A DNA stretch of 61,235 bases, filler included, from Sphacelaria rigidula (lineage: Eukaryota), in NCBI GenBank assembly GCA_964200075.2. It is 9 parts of 9 records of this genome, joined end to end, with 100 filler letters (N's around TTAATTAATTAA, not from the genome) between each part and the next. Parts side by side here need not be neighbours in the genome. Positions count along the whole stretch, not along the records: positions 6,817 to 13,531 come from CAXNAA020018454.1; positions 13,632 to 20,346 come from CAXNAA020018455.1; positions 20,447 to 27,161 come from CAXNAA020018456.1; 6 more parts are not named here. One strand, given 5' to 3'. The position numbers and the translations under genes are program-made. How positions within the stretch are numbered: the stretch's first letter is position 1; each line of letters starts with the position of its first letter. A model generated the notes under the pieces. The model was given only the letters and a program-made list of their open reading frames with translations, was not told where the DNA came from and ran no database searches. Below, piece by piece: positions 13,114-25,233 of this stretch.

Positions 13114-13531
13114 TACAAGAAATCGGACCGGTCCAACTGCAATAACTACAGGGGGATCTCTCTGGTATCGCACGCAGGTAAAGTGCTCCTGAAAATAGTG
13201 GCTAACCGCCTCAGCGACTACTGCGGAACGCACGGGATATTACCGGAGGAACAGTGCGGCTTCCGACCTGATCGATCCACTGTCGATATGCTGTTCGTAG
13301 TGCGCCGGCTCCAGGAGCTGGGACGGCGGCGGAGAATACCGCTGTACATGTGCTTCGTCGACCTCCAGAAGGCATATGACTCGGTCGACCGAGAGCTTCT
13401 GTGGCAGGTACTGGCCCGAGCTGGTATTCCGGATGAGATGATAGCAGTCATCCGCTAATTCCACGACGGTATGCAGGCCCGCGTACGCATGGACGACGGG
13501 GAGCTCTCGGAGTGGTTTGAAGTCACACAGG
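13114..13531 (+). mobile_element. Young RTE-clade LINE reverse transcriptase fragment (5'-truncated, runs off the contig end, one premature stop)
   Basis: [33 protein letters not shown]...[24 protein letters not shown]...[18 protein letters not shown]...[26 protein letters not shown]; TAA at 13456-13458. Confidence 0.95.
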
Positions 13532-13631
13532 NNNNNNNNNNNNNNNNNNNNNNNNNNNNNNNNNNNNNNNNNNNNTTAATTAATTAANNNNNNNNNNNNN
13601 NNNNNNNNNNNNNNNNNNNNNNNNNNNNNNN
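13532..13631. other. Artificial 100-bp contig linker
   Basis: N44-TTAATTAATTAA-N44. Confidence 0.98.
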
Positions 13632-13858
13632 AGGTTTGTTTGTAATGTATTGAAGAAAAATAAGTGCCGCCGGAATGTTGGAGGTATCTCTATGAGGAGT
13701 AGGAACGGTGCTCCGTCTCGAAATGGATGCGTGGTAAATGGCCAAACGACTAAGGCGAGCAACAAATGAGTACGCTTCCCCCTGCCATTCTCGTAGCATA
13801 ACCCGACACGAATCACGTAAGACGAACATAAACACAAAACGACCTACCAGCCCCTCAC

Positions 13859-14241
13859 CTGGTGCGTTGAGTAGTACTCCGCGTGTCCCGCGAAGTCCCA
13901 CATCAACACCTCAAGCGGCTGAGACGGTTTCGGTCTCCACGGCTGGATTTGGACATCTACACCCCTTGTGCGCTCGCTCTCCGCCGTCGGAGCCGGCTCG
14001 CCCCTCCGTAGACCCCTCGCTAGTGTCGTTTTGCCGGCGCATGCCGCACCGACCAACACCATCTTCAAGCCACGAGCGGTGGTCGCCCCCGAGCGTTTCA
14101 GATCCTCGTGATAGCTGACGATTTTCGCCCATCCGCCGTTGACAACCGCAGATGGCGGGTCGATCCAGGCATTGTTGTCCAGATCTACCCTAGCGAGCTT
14201 GGGTAAGCGAGCAAATCTCTCAGCGGTAGCCCTGGGTACAT
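13859..14241 (-). CDS. LRR-ROCO GTPase exon: last LRR plus N-terminal half of the Roc domain
   Basis: Acceptor tcgcacAG (phase 1) and donor CAG|GTGAGG. DVPRATAERFARLPKLARVDLDNNAWIDPP (LRR plus the typical xxPP linker), KMVLVGAACAGKTTL (P-loop), ERTRGVDV (switch I), VLMWDFAGHAEYYSTHQ (switch II). Confidence 0.92.
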
Positions 14242-16157
14242 CTGTGCGAGTTAACACGAGAATCAAGGAGGCGGTAATGACATGTTCAGAGCCAGCCAGA
14301 GGGACTCACATGAACGCTGAGGGCTCATTTACCGCAATAGCAGTGGTCCCAGGAGTAGCCATGAAAACTACCTGTTACGTGCGCCCTGACTACTCACGCG
14401 ATTCGCAACGTATCGATTTTTCAAATGAGTGACGAATAACGCGCACACGAAATCGTATTCCCCCTCGAGCGTAGTTCTCCCTGTCAGTAATCATACACGG
14501 TAGTCACATACAAACGTTGATTACTTCGGTTCCAAACATACTGTAGCAGACTCTCATGTCGAGGAAAGAATCCACACGCCTTTCTACCGTTACCAAAGCA
14601 GTTCAATAAGAAGAGGTTATTACAAACAGCGATTTGATATTCATGCACCGTACTGTGCGGTGAGGGCGATACATGCATCGAAGCAAAAAACGTCGATCAA
14701 CGAAACACATGAAATTGTGAATAATAGAGCGGCACTGTTTTTTATCCGGTCCCAGTAGCACGTCCGCCAAAGGCACACTGATAAAGTCAAAAGAGTGCTG
14801 CCACGATAGGGAGACGGAAGAGGATTTGTGATACATGAGGATATAGCGTTGAGTTGCACACTGGTGACTATTATGTTTTGAAAGGTTCGCAGCACGGCGA
14901 TGTCAGCTGTAGCTGGTGTTTGACCAGTCACCACGGTTCGATCTTTAAGCTCCATGCTACTCGAACCCAAACGAAGGACTCGCGGCAAATCATCCGCGAC
15001 CCACAATCACCGTTCTTCTTGTTTTTGCTCTGTCACTCCTCCCCTCTTTCACCCATCTCACAGGTAATAACTGAAAAATCCGAGCCTGCTACATAGCGAA
15101 AGATGTTGCGATCACACCGCTAAAAGATATGCACCAGCCCATCGATTCAACACTACGCGCTGCTGATCATCTACTGAATGTACACCCTACACGAGAGCAG
15201 GAGGAGACGGACGCTGCGGCTACAGTGTTCTACAATATCACAGACTAGAACACTGGTCAAGCTTTATCTCGCTTCTATAGTGCCCTGTCTTTCTGCTCTA
15301 GTGATGCAGCCAAAGCACAGTCAATTCTCGTTGTCACGGGAATATTGAAGGGGACGTACGAGCTCGACCAGCCATAGAGCTTTCTGTTTTTAGATGACAG
15401 GTGATACCGCTTATTATTACGACTTGGGCGCTGGACGTCCGACACGATAATTTTGTATATTAATACGCGGAACATATTTGAAGCCATGATGGGGAAAAAA
15501 CGTTGGAGCGATTTTCAATCTGAGCAACAGCAAAAAAAAAAAGTCATGAGTTCATAGAAAAAACAAAACCAAAAATGCTTCTACTTCGAGCACGAATTGT
15601 TTTCTTGCGTGCAGAAGATCATCGTAAAGTTTCGGCTTTAAACGTTCAAGTAGGTAGGGCTGTGCGTGCAACTTTGTGTGTGACGCCGCTGCACGTCGGA
15701 GATCCAAGTGATACAGAAGACTCCGATTACTATACGGAGGTTGCGACTTCGACAGCATCTGGCAGAAAATCTTCGTTCGGCATCATCTAATTTCCATCGT
15801 TTATATAATTGTTTATACAGACCATTTTTGTTTCAGTTTCAACAGGTGATTTCCGGCACTTTTGTGGGATATTCTAAAACCGAAAGTGCGCAAAATAACC
15901 CTCCTCGTCTCAGTGTGGGCTGGGCCTTTCACCAAGGCCTATCTAGAGCACTTTCCCGCCTCCCTGGAGGCCCATTTGCTATAAAACCCCACGAGCACCC
16001 TCTTTTTCAGCCGTAAGTAAAACGATCACCGTCGGTGATTGAATCGAGGATAAGCGTTGCAGCCCAGTCCCACTTGGGGAAAAATAGAAGAAGGCAAGAC
16101 ATGCCGCATCGCACCGCAACCGCGCAGCACCGCAGTTGACCTCAACCATAACCCTCG

Positions 16158-17355
16158 CCCTGGGGCTCATCGTTACGCGATTGGAGCCTAACACTACATC
16201 TTGAAGGTCTGTGCAATGACGTGGGGAGCGAGACATTGTGTTCGGTTGATGTACAGACCTGTGACAGAAAAATCGAACATCGTGATACCATGTTCTCGTT
16301 ACGCACGTCCACTTTCACGCGAAATACACAACAACTTCCTGGACATATGAATCCATCATACCTCTCGCTGATCTATCCCTCAACACACGGCACCAACTTC
16401 GACGGTACAACCACTCAAGTACAATCATGCCCTCGCGACGCGTACCGTATCGGCATTCACAGCAACTTGACACTGACTGCCGACCGTGCTACGAGTGTGT
16501 AGTTGCCACCGGAATGTCCGTCATGACTACTCACCGGATAGTTCGTTGTGGCAAAGCCGCAAGTCTGCGAGGCTTTTGAGCTTGCCAAGCGCGGGGGGGA
16601 TAGAGCCTGCTTGTGAGGCGAAGCGCGACGGAGAAAGACATAGCAGTGCAGCACGGTCAATGAAAATGAACACAACATTGCAGTACAGTATATTCCCACG
16701 TACTACGTTGCTTCATACATACGTCTGGTATACTCGTAGAGTGCAATAGGGTAACAAGCACATGTGCCGAATAGCGTTTCCGACGGGGCTCTCCCGATGA
16801 TTGAAGCTCCCTACCAAACTGGCTAGCACACCATGCTCACTTGATGGCGCAACATGGAGTCTAGTCTGCCAAATCGGATGACACCCCCATGCTTACTTGA
16901 CGGCGCAACATTGAGTCTAGTCGCCCCTGCGGTGTGCTATGCAGATATATGGCTGACTCATTTCGTCACGCTTCTAACCTCCACAAGGGACCGTCGCAGG
17001 ATGCAATACTCTCAACAAAACGCTTGATCATAGCATACCAGTAGAGCCGTACGTCTATGACAACCCCGTCGGGACATTCGTGTCGTCCTTCCGCAGACAC
17101 GCCCCAGCGCCATGTCTGAAACTAAATTCAACCTCGCTGAGACGTGTCAGGCCGACTAAACACGATCAAAAATGTTGTCAGAAGCATCGAGCATCCTTCC
17201 GTCCCACCTGCATCGGGCATTTAAAGCAATCGTGCTGAACGTTTCAGCAGTGCAGATAGCATGCTCTTTTTATGACGCGACGTGCACAAAATTATTCGTG
17301 GTTGCGAAAATTCTGCTTTGGGGGGGGTACTGTCTGGCCCCCAAGTGCCTTTACT
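16158..17355. repeat. LRR-exon cassette copy 1 (~1.2-kb direct repeat of 18540-19744)
   Basis: Colinear with copy 2 from ccctggggctcatcgttacgcga to ggcccccaagt..ctttact, with a few short indels. Confidence 0.95.
16535..16606 (-). CDS. 72-nt LRR exon of the ROCO gene
   Basis: cacaagcAG acceptor and G|GTGAGT donor; phase 1-1. (G)SIPPALGKLKSLADLRLCHNELS, a plant-type 24-aa LRR. Joins in frame to the 14241 exon. Confidence 0.92.
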
Positions 17356-18094
17356 ATCGATGCTAGGACTTAGGAGTGTCAAGATAAAATATTACACGAG
17401 AAAGTTCAGAAACATGCCAGAAAACGAAAGTGGCTCAATCGAGCGCTGCATAGCACAGGGGGGGGTGAAAAAATTCCGATCGTTCTTGTGAATAACTTTA
17501 CTGGCCTTCTTCTTATCGTCACCTATTCAGCGCGCTAGAGCCAAAAGGGATTGTATTTTGGACCAAAAATGGTCGATAACACCCCCTCTCAGTTCAACCC
17601 GTCAGCCGCTTAATATTGAGCGCAGAGATTACGTTTGTTTCGGAACGTCGAGCGGATGCCTAGTATTTCCCAACTTCCAAACTGCGGGATAAAGCGTTCA
17701 CTGGGATGTGCGGTGGCACGCGGAAGACTATTGAAAATCGCCGACGGCGAACAAATTACCAAGATCTCCTAGTTCACATGAGAGCTCCTGTAGCACGTTC
17801 CTCACCACTGTTTCTTACCTCGTCGTGGCCAAATCCAAAGTGTCTTCCTCAGCCTTATTGTTGTGATCTGTTGAAAAATACAGGGCTTAAGGATTCAAGC
17901 GCCCGTTTCTTAATGGTGGGCCGGGTCTGCAGTCCAAGATTATTTCCAGCTATTACGTTTCTATGGCGATTTCACCCTGGAAGCTTCTGATGACAGCGCA
18001 AGCAGGGATACATCTCAGTCTCGTCAATGTCAAACATTCGCAATTCGTCCGCAGGCTTTTGTGGTGATGTATCCATCTCAACGGCAGTATGATC

Positions 18095-18465
18095 CACTCA
18101 GTGCCTTAGTTAGTGACTTTAACCTTCTGACGATTGGGACGTAAGCTCGAATCTCGGCGAAGTCACACCACCCATCCGGGATTCTTACTCATTGTGATGC
18201 CCAACAGTTGACAGCGACGTCGTGAGTACACAAAAGTTAGCCTTCACGATCGACGAGGGAACCGGACCGCTACGTCCTTCTCGCGGATGAATAAGGCAAG
18301 CATCGCAGAAGGAACGTGGAGTGTCGAACAAATATAGAACTAAAGAAGCTCGTGCGTAAACCTTCCTCCTGTATGACCCCCGCTGATGTGCCCACATATA
18401 CCGAGAGGATGTAGGTTGACGTCCAGAATAGATGGGGCCACAACACACACGCAGTATGTAAAAAA
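18095..18465 (+). mobile_element. Degenerate tRNA-derived SINE, family B, in the intron between the LRR exons
   Basis: Head ctgacgattgggacgtaagctcgaatctcggcgaagtcac aligns with the B-box head at 27900-27945; body ends in cagtatgtaaaaaa. Boundaries approximate. Confidence 0.55.
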
Positions 18466-18539
18466 CGTGGCCAACAGATGTTTTTTGGCGAGAGTTTTCT
18501 GAGGGGGGGAGGGGGGAGCTAGGGTCAAGGTAACTTTAA

Positions 18540-19744
18540 CCCTGGGGCTCATCGTTACGCGATTCGAGCCTAACACTACATCTTGGAGGTCTCTGCAATG
18601 ACGTGGGGATCGATTGGGCGATTGATTGATTGATTGATTTTTATTTTCTTTAGAGGAGCGAGACATTTTGTTCGGCTGATGTACAGACCCGTGACAGAAA
18701 AATCGAACATCGTGATACCATGTTCTCGTTACGCATGTCCACTTTCACGCGAAATACACAACAACTCCCTGGATACATTAACCCATCATACCTCTCGCTG
18801 CTCTTTCCCTCAACACACGGCACCAACTTCGACGGTACAACTGACGCGTGCCGTGTCGACATTCCCAGCAACTTGACACTGACTGCCGACCGTGCTACGA
18901 GTGCGTAGTTGCCACCGGAATGCCCGTCATCACTACTCACCGGATAGCTTGTTGTTGCCAAGGTTGATGCATTCGAGGCCTTTGAGCCTACCAAGCACGG
19001 GGGGGATAGAGCCTGCTTGTGAGGAGAAGCGCGACGGAGAAAGACATAGCAGTGCAGCACGGTCAATGAACACAACATTGCAGTACAGTATATTCCCACG
19101 TACTACGTTGCTTCATACATACGTCTGGTATACTCGTAGAGTGGAATAGGGTTGTGCCGAATAGCGTTTCCGATGGGGCTCTCCCGATGATTGAAGCTCC
19201 CTGCCAAATTGGTTAGCACACCATGCTCACTCGACGGCGCGGCATGGAGTCCAGTCTGCCAAATCGGATGACACCCCCATGCTTACTTGACGGCGCAACA
19301 TTGAGTCTAGTTGGCCCTGCGGTATGCTATGCAGATATATGGCTGACTCATTCCGTCACGCTTCTAACCTCCAAAGGGGACCGTCGCAGGATGCAATACT
19401 CTCAACCCAACGCTTGCCCACAGCACACCAGTAGAGCCGCACGTCTATGACAACCCCGTCGGGACATTCGTGTCGTCTTTCCACAGACACACCCCAGCGC
19501 CATGTCTGACACTAAATCCAACCCCGCTGAGACGTGTTAGGCCGACTAAACAATATCGAAAAGGTTGTCAGAAGCATCGAGCATCCTTCCGTCCCACCTG
19601 CGTCGGACATGGAAACAATCGTGCTGAACGTTTCAGCAGTGCAGATAGCATGCTCTTTTTATGACGCGGCATGCACAAAATTATTCGTGGTTGCGAAAAT
19701 TCTGCTTTGGGGGGGGTACCGTCTGGCCCCCAAGTAACTTTACT
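18540..19744. repeat. LRR-exon cassette copy 2
   Basis: Direct repeat of 16158-17355; carries an extra (GATT)n-containing insert at ~18609-18655. Confidence 0.95.
18941..19012 (-). CDS. 72-nt LRR exon of the ROCO gene
   Basis: cacaagcAG acceptor and G|GTGAGT donor; phase 1-1. (G)SIPPVLGRLKGLECINLGNNKLS. Confidence 0.92.
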
Positions 19745-20346
19745 GCTTCCACCCTCCTTCGTCGGGAACCAGGTCTTCTTGTTCAAGACACCCTCCCCTG
19801 AAAAAGAAAAGGTTCTTGTTTCGATAGATCAGGGAGAAAAGTATACTGCTGGAAAACAAAAGGTTCTTGTTTCAAGAGATGGGTGAACTTGGGAGCTTTC
19901 ACGGTGCCTTTTAACCACCCCTTTACGTAGGAGCAACCAACAAAAGATGTGCGAGTCTAAGCATGCAGCGAGAGAACACATCAGCGCGCAAACAGTAAAG
20001 CTGTCGTGTCTGCAGGGAGTAATGCACACAACGAACACCACTGCGGAGGCGGACAACGATGTATCCATTTTGCTCCACATCCGGACTCAACAGCAAGCAA
20101 GACACGGCAGCAGTGCACCTTCGCATGCAGAACCAACATACACCACCTACCTGGTACATCTTGAATACGTTAATGGTCAAATGCATCGCAAAATATGTCT
20201 CGAGAAATACTCAAACCCTCTACCGCATGAACACTACTGAAACTACGCTGGGTGTGCATGCAGCATGCAGAGAGTACGCAATGCCTGCTTGTATATCGAA
20301 CCCTCACGAGCACACGAAAATGACGTCGCACTGGGTAGCACTATCT

Positions 20347-20446
20347 NNNNNNNNNNNNNNNNNNNNNNNNNNNNNNNNNNNNNNNNNNNNTTAATTAATT
20401 AANNNNNNNNNNNNNNNNNNNNNNNNNNNNNNNNNNNNNNNNNNNN
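20347..20446. other. Artificial 100-bp contig linker
   Basis: N44-TTAATTAATTAA-N44. Confidence 0.98.
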
Positions 20447-20492
<46 letters not shown>

Positions 20493-20521
20493 CACACACA
20501 CACACAAACACACACACACAC
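20447..20521. repeat. (CA)n microsatellite at contig start
   Basis: CA run with 3 interruptions. Confidence 0.97.
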
Positions 20522-21394
20522 GTGACCCGAATCATGCGGTGTAACGGTTCGTCGTTTCCTCCAGCAACAAGACCCACGCCGGCATTTTCTCACGCAGAAA
20601 ACATGACAATAGTAGCTTCTCCTTCCACTAATTCAACCGTCTTCACCTTTCATATCGTATTCCATCCTTTCCGATGCACTCAGCCGAAGAACTCCCGATA
20701 TCCCTCGCCATGGCGGGTGTTTGTCGGGGCGGCCGCAAGCACACTGAGAACATCTGCCTTCAGCTTCCGGAAGGACCAGCTGGTCGATTTTTGCTCTGGT
20801 ATTTCGCGATGAATACATGAGCGCGTTTGGCTGAAAGCAAAGAAAGCCGGGATTCCTGTAGATAATGGAAGTCAAGGGGGATACCAGTGCTATTGTTGGT
20901 ATGGCTGCTACGCGAAGGTAGGACATAAGCAGCATGCGTTGCGCTTTCTAGCTACACTGGTAACGAGAGTCGGGATCTATAGCGCACGGAATGACAGCGA
21001 ATCTAGCTGGAAAATATCCAAGGTGCCATGTGCTAATTCTGCTCGCTTTAGTCATTTACCACTCATATCGCAGTTTCATTTTGCTTCACTGACTCTTTGT
21101 GTCCTAGTACTTTATTCACTCGAACAACTTTTTTGTCGTCACCGTCGTTCTTATTTATTATTTTTTGCACGTTGATCAATTCAATTGCGAAATCAGCCAT
21201 GAAAATAGTTCTCTGCACATACGTCTTTACGTGTGGATGCTTGTATCTACAGATTGGCCGAGATTCGTATCTGTTTCTTTCTGTACTACGGTTTCGGACC
21301 TGAGAAACACAATCTCCAGGTGAAAATGGTGATCTCCCCTTCCGGGCCGCTAGCAACCAAGCAACTTGAGAGACTTAGGTCGGGCATCGTCACA

Positions 21395-21499
21395 ATGTCG
21401 TCCTCCATCGAGGAGCCTTTGGATCTCATCCGCCTTTCCTTGGATGAACGGATTTATGTGAAGTGCCGTGGGGAGAGAGAGCTCAGGGGAAAACTTCAC
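21395..21499 (+). CDS. LSM3: U6 snRNA-associated Sm-like protein LSm3, exon 1
   Basis: caca[38 protein letters not shown]; donor CAC|GTGAGT. Diagnostic LSm3 N-terminus. Confidence 0.95.
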
Positions 21500-22787
21500 G
21501 TGAGTTTCGGGCCCAAGGAACCCGACGACCGTAGTGGGACGGTGTATACCACCCCCTCAGGTCGTTTCATTTTCGTAGCCATGGTGTTCTCGAGAAAACG
21601 AGTGCACTGTACGGCGTAGGGTTCCCGTGCATCGAAGGATCCCAAGATTTTTTCCCCAGTAACACGTGGTTTTAGTGATGTGGTCACCTTAGTATTCGGG
21701 AGCATCGAGTTTGAAAATATGGTGTGCATGAGAGTAATTCTGCATCATTCCCCGTGAGAAGATGATGGTAGTCCGTTCGTTTTATGGCATCGTCTTCTAC
21801 GGTTGGTGAGCGTGACTCATAGGCAGCCAGGTAGCCAGGCAGCTGACCCAACCAGTGAGCCACCATATGCACCTAGCTTACACCGTCGATAAACAACCCG
21901 ACCACCGCGGTCCGCGCATCAGCCGTGTTTCGGTTTACCACTAAAGCTATCTGGCGCGTCCATCCGTTGAATCGGCATCATTTTCACTTGGTGAATAACG
22001 GCCAAACATGGAACAAGAGGGGTTCATCTTAAGAGATAAGATGGCCCGTAAAGCAGGTCGGATATAAAAATGGCGGCTAGAACAGTTTTTGTGGTGCCTC
22101 GTCGTGACATGATGCCCAGATGTTTCCTGTTTCCTACTGCAGTAGTACCATGTTCCATATTGGAGTGCAGCAGTGGCCACCGTTAATGCGGTCGTGGCTT
22201 ATGGAAAATGGGAGTTTGCCACCGCCCATCACCGATGACGATTTCTGTGCCAAAAGGTAGCAGACATCTGCCGAAATTTTTCAACAACGTCACGCCTGTC
22301 GTTGCGTGTGTGTGTTTCTGTGTGTATGTAAAATTGTTGAGATCTTCGCTTTGCGCAAGATCTCCACAAGGATCCGCATCCCAGTTCCAAGCTTGAGGGC
22401 GACGGTTCGGTGCTTCGGGTACAATAAAGTACAGTTCAAGAAGGCAAGGGTTCGGGTTGACTCGCACCAGTGTACATGGTTTACACATCCTGTGCACGAG
22501 TACCGGGTGACCCCGAAAAATGAGGCGGCGTGAAGGCGGGGCAATGACACCAACAACCCGTCTTCGTAAAGACTAGCGGACTAGCCTCACGCCCCCCCCC
22601 CGCCACCGCCCGCCATTTCTGTCCCTTCTCTCTTTCCTGTATGCGCCTTGAGTACTAGGCAATATCCGCCTGTACTAAAACCAATATGGAAGTAGAAGTA
22701 ACCTAAACTATAGTGAACCGCGTTAAAAGCACGAGGGAGCGGGAACTAGCCAAGACCTGCTATGTATTGCGGGTAAAACGCCGTTAA

Positions 22788-22889
22788 CCCTTGGACCGCG
22801 GTGCGGGTAGTCCATCTGGAGCACGCATACTTTTTTCAACTGAAAATGGATGCCAATTCAGCAGGTGACCTACCCTCACGGTTCAAGGG
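22788..22889. mobile_element. ~100-bp piggyBac-like mini-MITE in LSM3 intron 1
   Basis: TTAA|CCCTTGGACCGCG...CACGGTTCAAGGG|TTGA; a related copy lies at 25146-25233. Confidence 0.65.
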
Positions 22890-25145
22890 TTGAAGAGTTT
22901 ATCATCTGCCCTCGTGTTTCAGATGAAGGTGATGCCGATTCGCTAGATAGACCCACCGTGGGGGTGGAAGGGTTGGCTCTTTGACCACCAGGGCGGACAA
23001 TCGCAAACGATGAACTGTTCAACGCAATAGTGATCGGTCAAACGACAGCGTGGGTAACTTGCTGTATCGGCATCATTTGCACTCTAAAAGTGAATTAACG
23101 CCGCAGATGAACCGCCCTGGTGGCCAAAGAGTTGACACCGCGACTACAGAGAGAGGAGCGTTTGTCGATCTTGGCTGCAGGAAGACTGTATCTTATATAT
23201 ATATATATATTAAACCCGGAGATCTCCAACGTCCGCAGCGTATACAGCACAGGAGGGGGAGAAGAAAACGGAGATCTCCGACGTCCGCATTATCATTCAT
23301 AAAAATGATCGAATGCACCGGAGGCAGAGGGTTGAAGGTTGAACACTCGACCACGGAAATTTTGGGCACACTTCCCACGGATGGGGCCAGATAGGAGCAA
23401 AAAACACGAGTTGCAACATCTGTGGACCTAGCAGAGCATTTCAAAACACGAAAATGCGCTGTCTCGGTACTAAGGCCGCGTCTTACCAAATTCTTCTCGA
23501 CTCAAAAACGTACGGTGGCATCGAATTCGCTCTTATCTGATGTGTCCACGGCATCGATGTTCTCAACCATCTGAGAAAATAAAGAACGTGCGCGAATCAG
23601 AAACAAGGGAATTCGAGCCGACCGCATGTTTTCGACACCAAAACAATTCGATAAGGCACGGCCTTACGACATGACAGATACGATACGCGTATGAGATTGC
23701 GAGATGACTTTGATTGGCCCACACGTTGCGCCGCTGCTAGGCAGGCAGACAGCTGCTTTGAACATCAATCCCTGAGGATACGGCAGCCGTGCTGGCCCAG
23801 TTTTGTTGGCCCCAACCTGCACGCACCCGCCCTGCGTGTCTTCCCCGATCACAGCACCCGACTGCAACTTGAATAGCAGAGAAGACACAACTAACAGTCG
23901 CACAGCCATTACCTGATTTTTTTTTTTCAATTTTGTGTAGACAGCACTTTGATTCCACCCCAAATGTGCACACACCGAGACATGGCAACAGGTGAACCGT
24001 TCAGGCACACTTCCCAGCGCACATCAATCACACCGTGTTCGTCGAGTGTTCAGATGCACAAGAGCATAGCAACAACTACAATAATTTTTGGGAAGCGCTT
24101 TGTCCGTTTGACGGAAGACAAAACAACAAGCACACCATGAACTTCTCAAGGGTCGGACGAAATCAATGATTCGTCGGGAAATTACTTGGTGTTTGTGTAC
24201 TTGATTCGAATCGTACGAATCAATCCCCACGCTTTGTTCTCAGCGTTGCAACCCAGGTAAACGCAGCCCAAACACGTGGAATGGCGCAAAAGTTGCGTGG
24301 GTACCCCTTTTGGACCAGCGGTCAACTTTTTTCTCCCTTTTGGGCAATCAGGCCGAAGAAATCGTGGATTTGGTGATTTGAACCCCGTGATGATTCGTCC
24401 TAACCGTGGAACTTTTCATCAGTATCTGGACATCACTGCGTGCCGACTGGCATTATTATTAGACGAACACAACGACAATACAGCAATGCAGGCAGTCCCG
24501 TCGGAGACCAAACCGCCACACGCAGTGACAAGCTACAGCCCATGAAAGAGGACATGATTGTGTTTGTGCTGCAGCACAGTGAAACAGGACATGCCCCATG
24601 TTTTGATTCTTCCCGTGATTCTGAAGGACCTTCAATTTTCGCCGGTTGCCGATTGTAAACGCTCGGCCATAATCGCGCTTCCCAGATTTTTAGGAGCAAC
24701 AATCATATTATTGTGTACCAAAATCAACACGCGAATTATTCGAGAGTAAATACATACGTAGATGTTACTTGAGTTTATTTAGTTTGATCGAAATCCGTTC
24801 TGTATCAGAGGAATGATCGCCGTGTGCGTTTCAAATTACAGCTGAAAACGTGTCGTTGCTGATCGTTTTGTGTGCGTGCGCTGTGCGCGAGTCTCACAGA
24901 AATAAATGCTTCTCCTCAAATGTCTAAACACCTTTGAGCAAGGTCGCGCTCAACATGACCAGCTGATGAGCAGCTACGGCTCGAGCTGTGTGTTTTTGGT
25001 TTGCGCGGACACCAAGTTCCTCAGCTTCACCTCTGATTGTGTTGGGTTGTGTAGCAAGCCATTTTGGATTTGCCCCTGTCACGGTGACATCTATGTTCGC
25101 GTTCAGGGTGTACACACTACCCCTATCTTCAAAAGGGGGATTTAA

Positions 25146-25233
25146 CCCTTCGAGTCCATCTATATGACGCATATTTTTTTCAAGTGAATATTGATGCTGA
25201 TTCAGCACGTGGCCTTCCCTTGCGGTCAAAGGA
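25146..25233. mobile_element. Second copy of the piggyBac-like mini-MITE
   Basis: TTAA|CCCTT...GCGGTCAAAGGA|TTAA; interior agtccatct..acgcata.tttttcaa.tgaa.at.gatgc..attcagca is shared with the 22788 copy. Confidence 0.65.

Noticed and set aside
16158..16207. LQDVVLGSNRVT after a cAG (also at ~18540-18590) as an extra LRR exon
   Set aside because: It fits LxxLxLxxN only loosely. There is no 72-nt exon with a matching donor, and the acceptor reads gAG in the second copy.
17819..17867. 49-nt minus-strand segment with good AG/GTAAGA signals between the LRR exons
   Set aside because: It would frameshift the ROCO ORF and has no LRR character.
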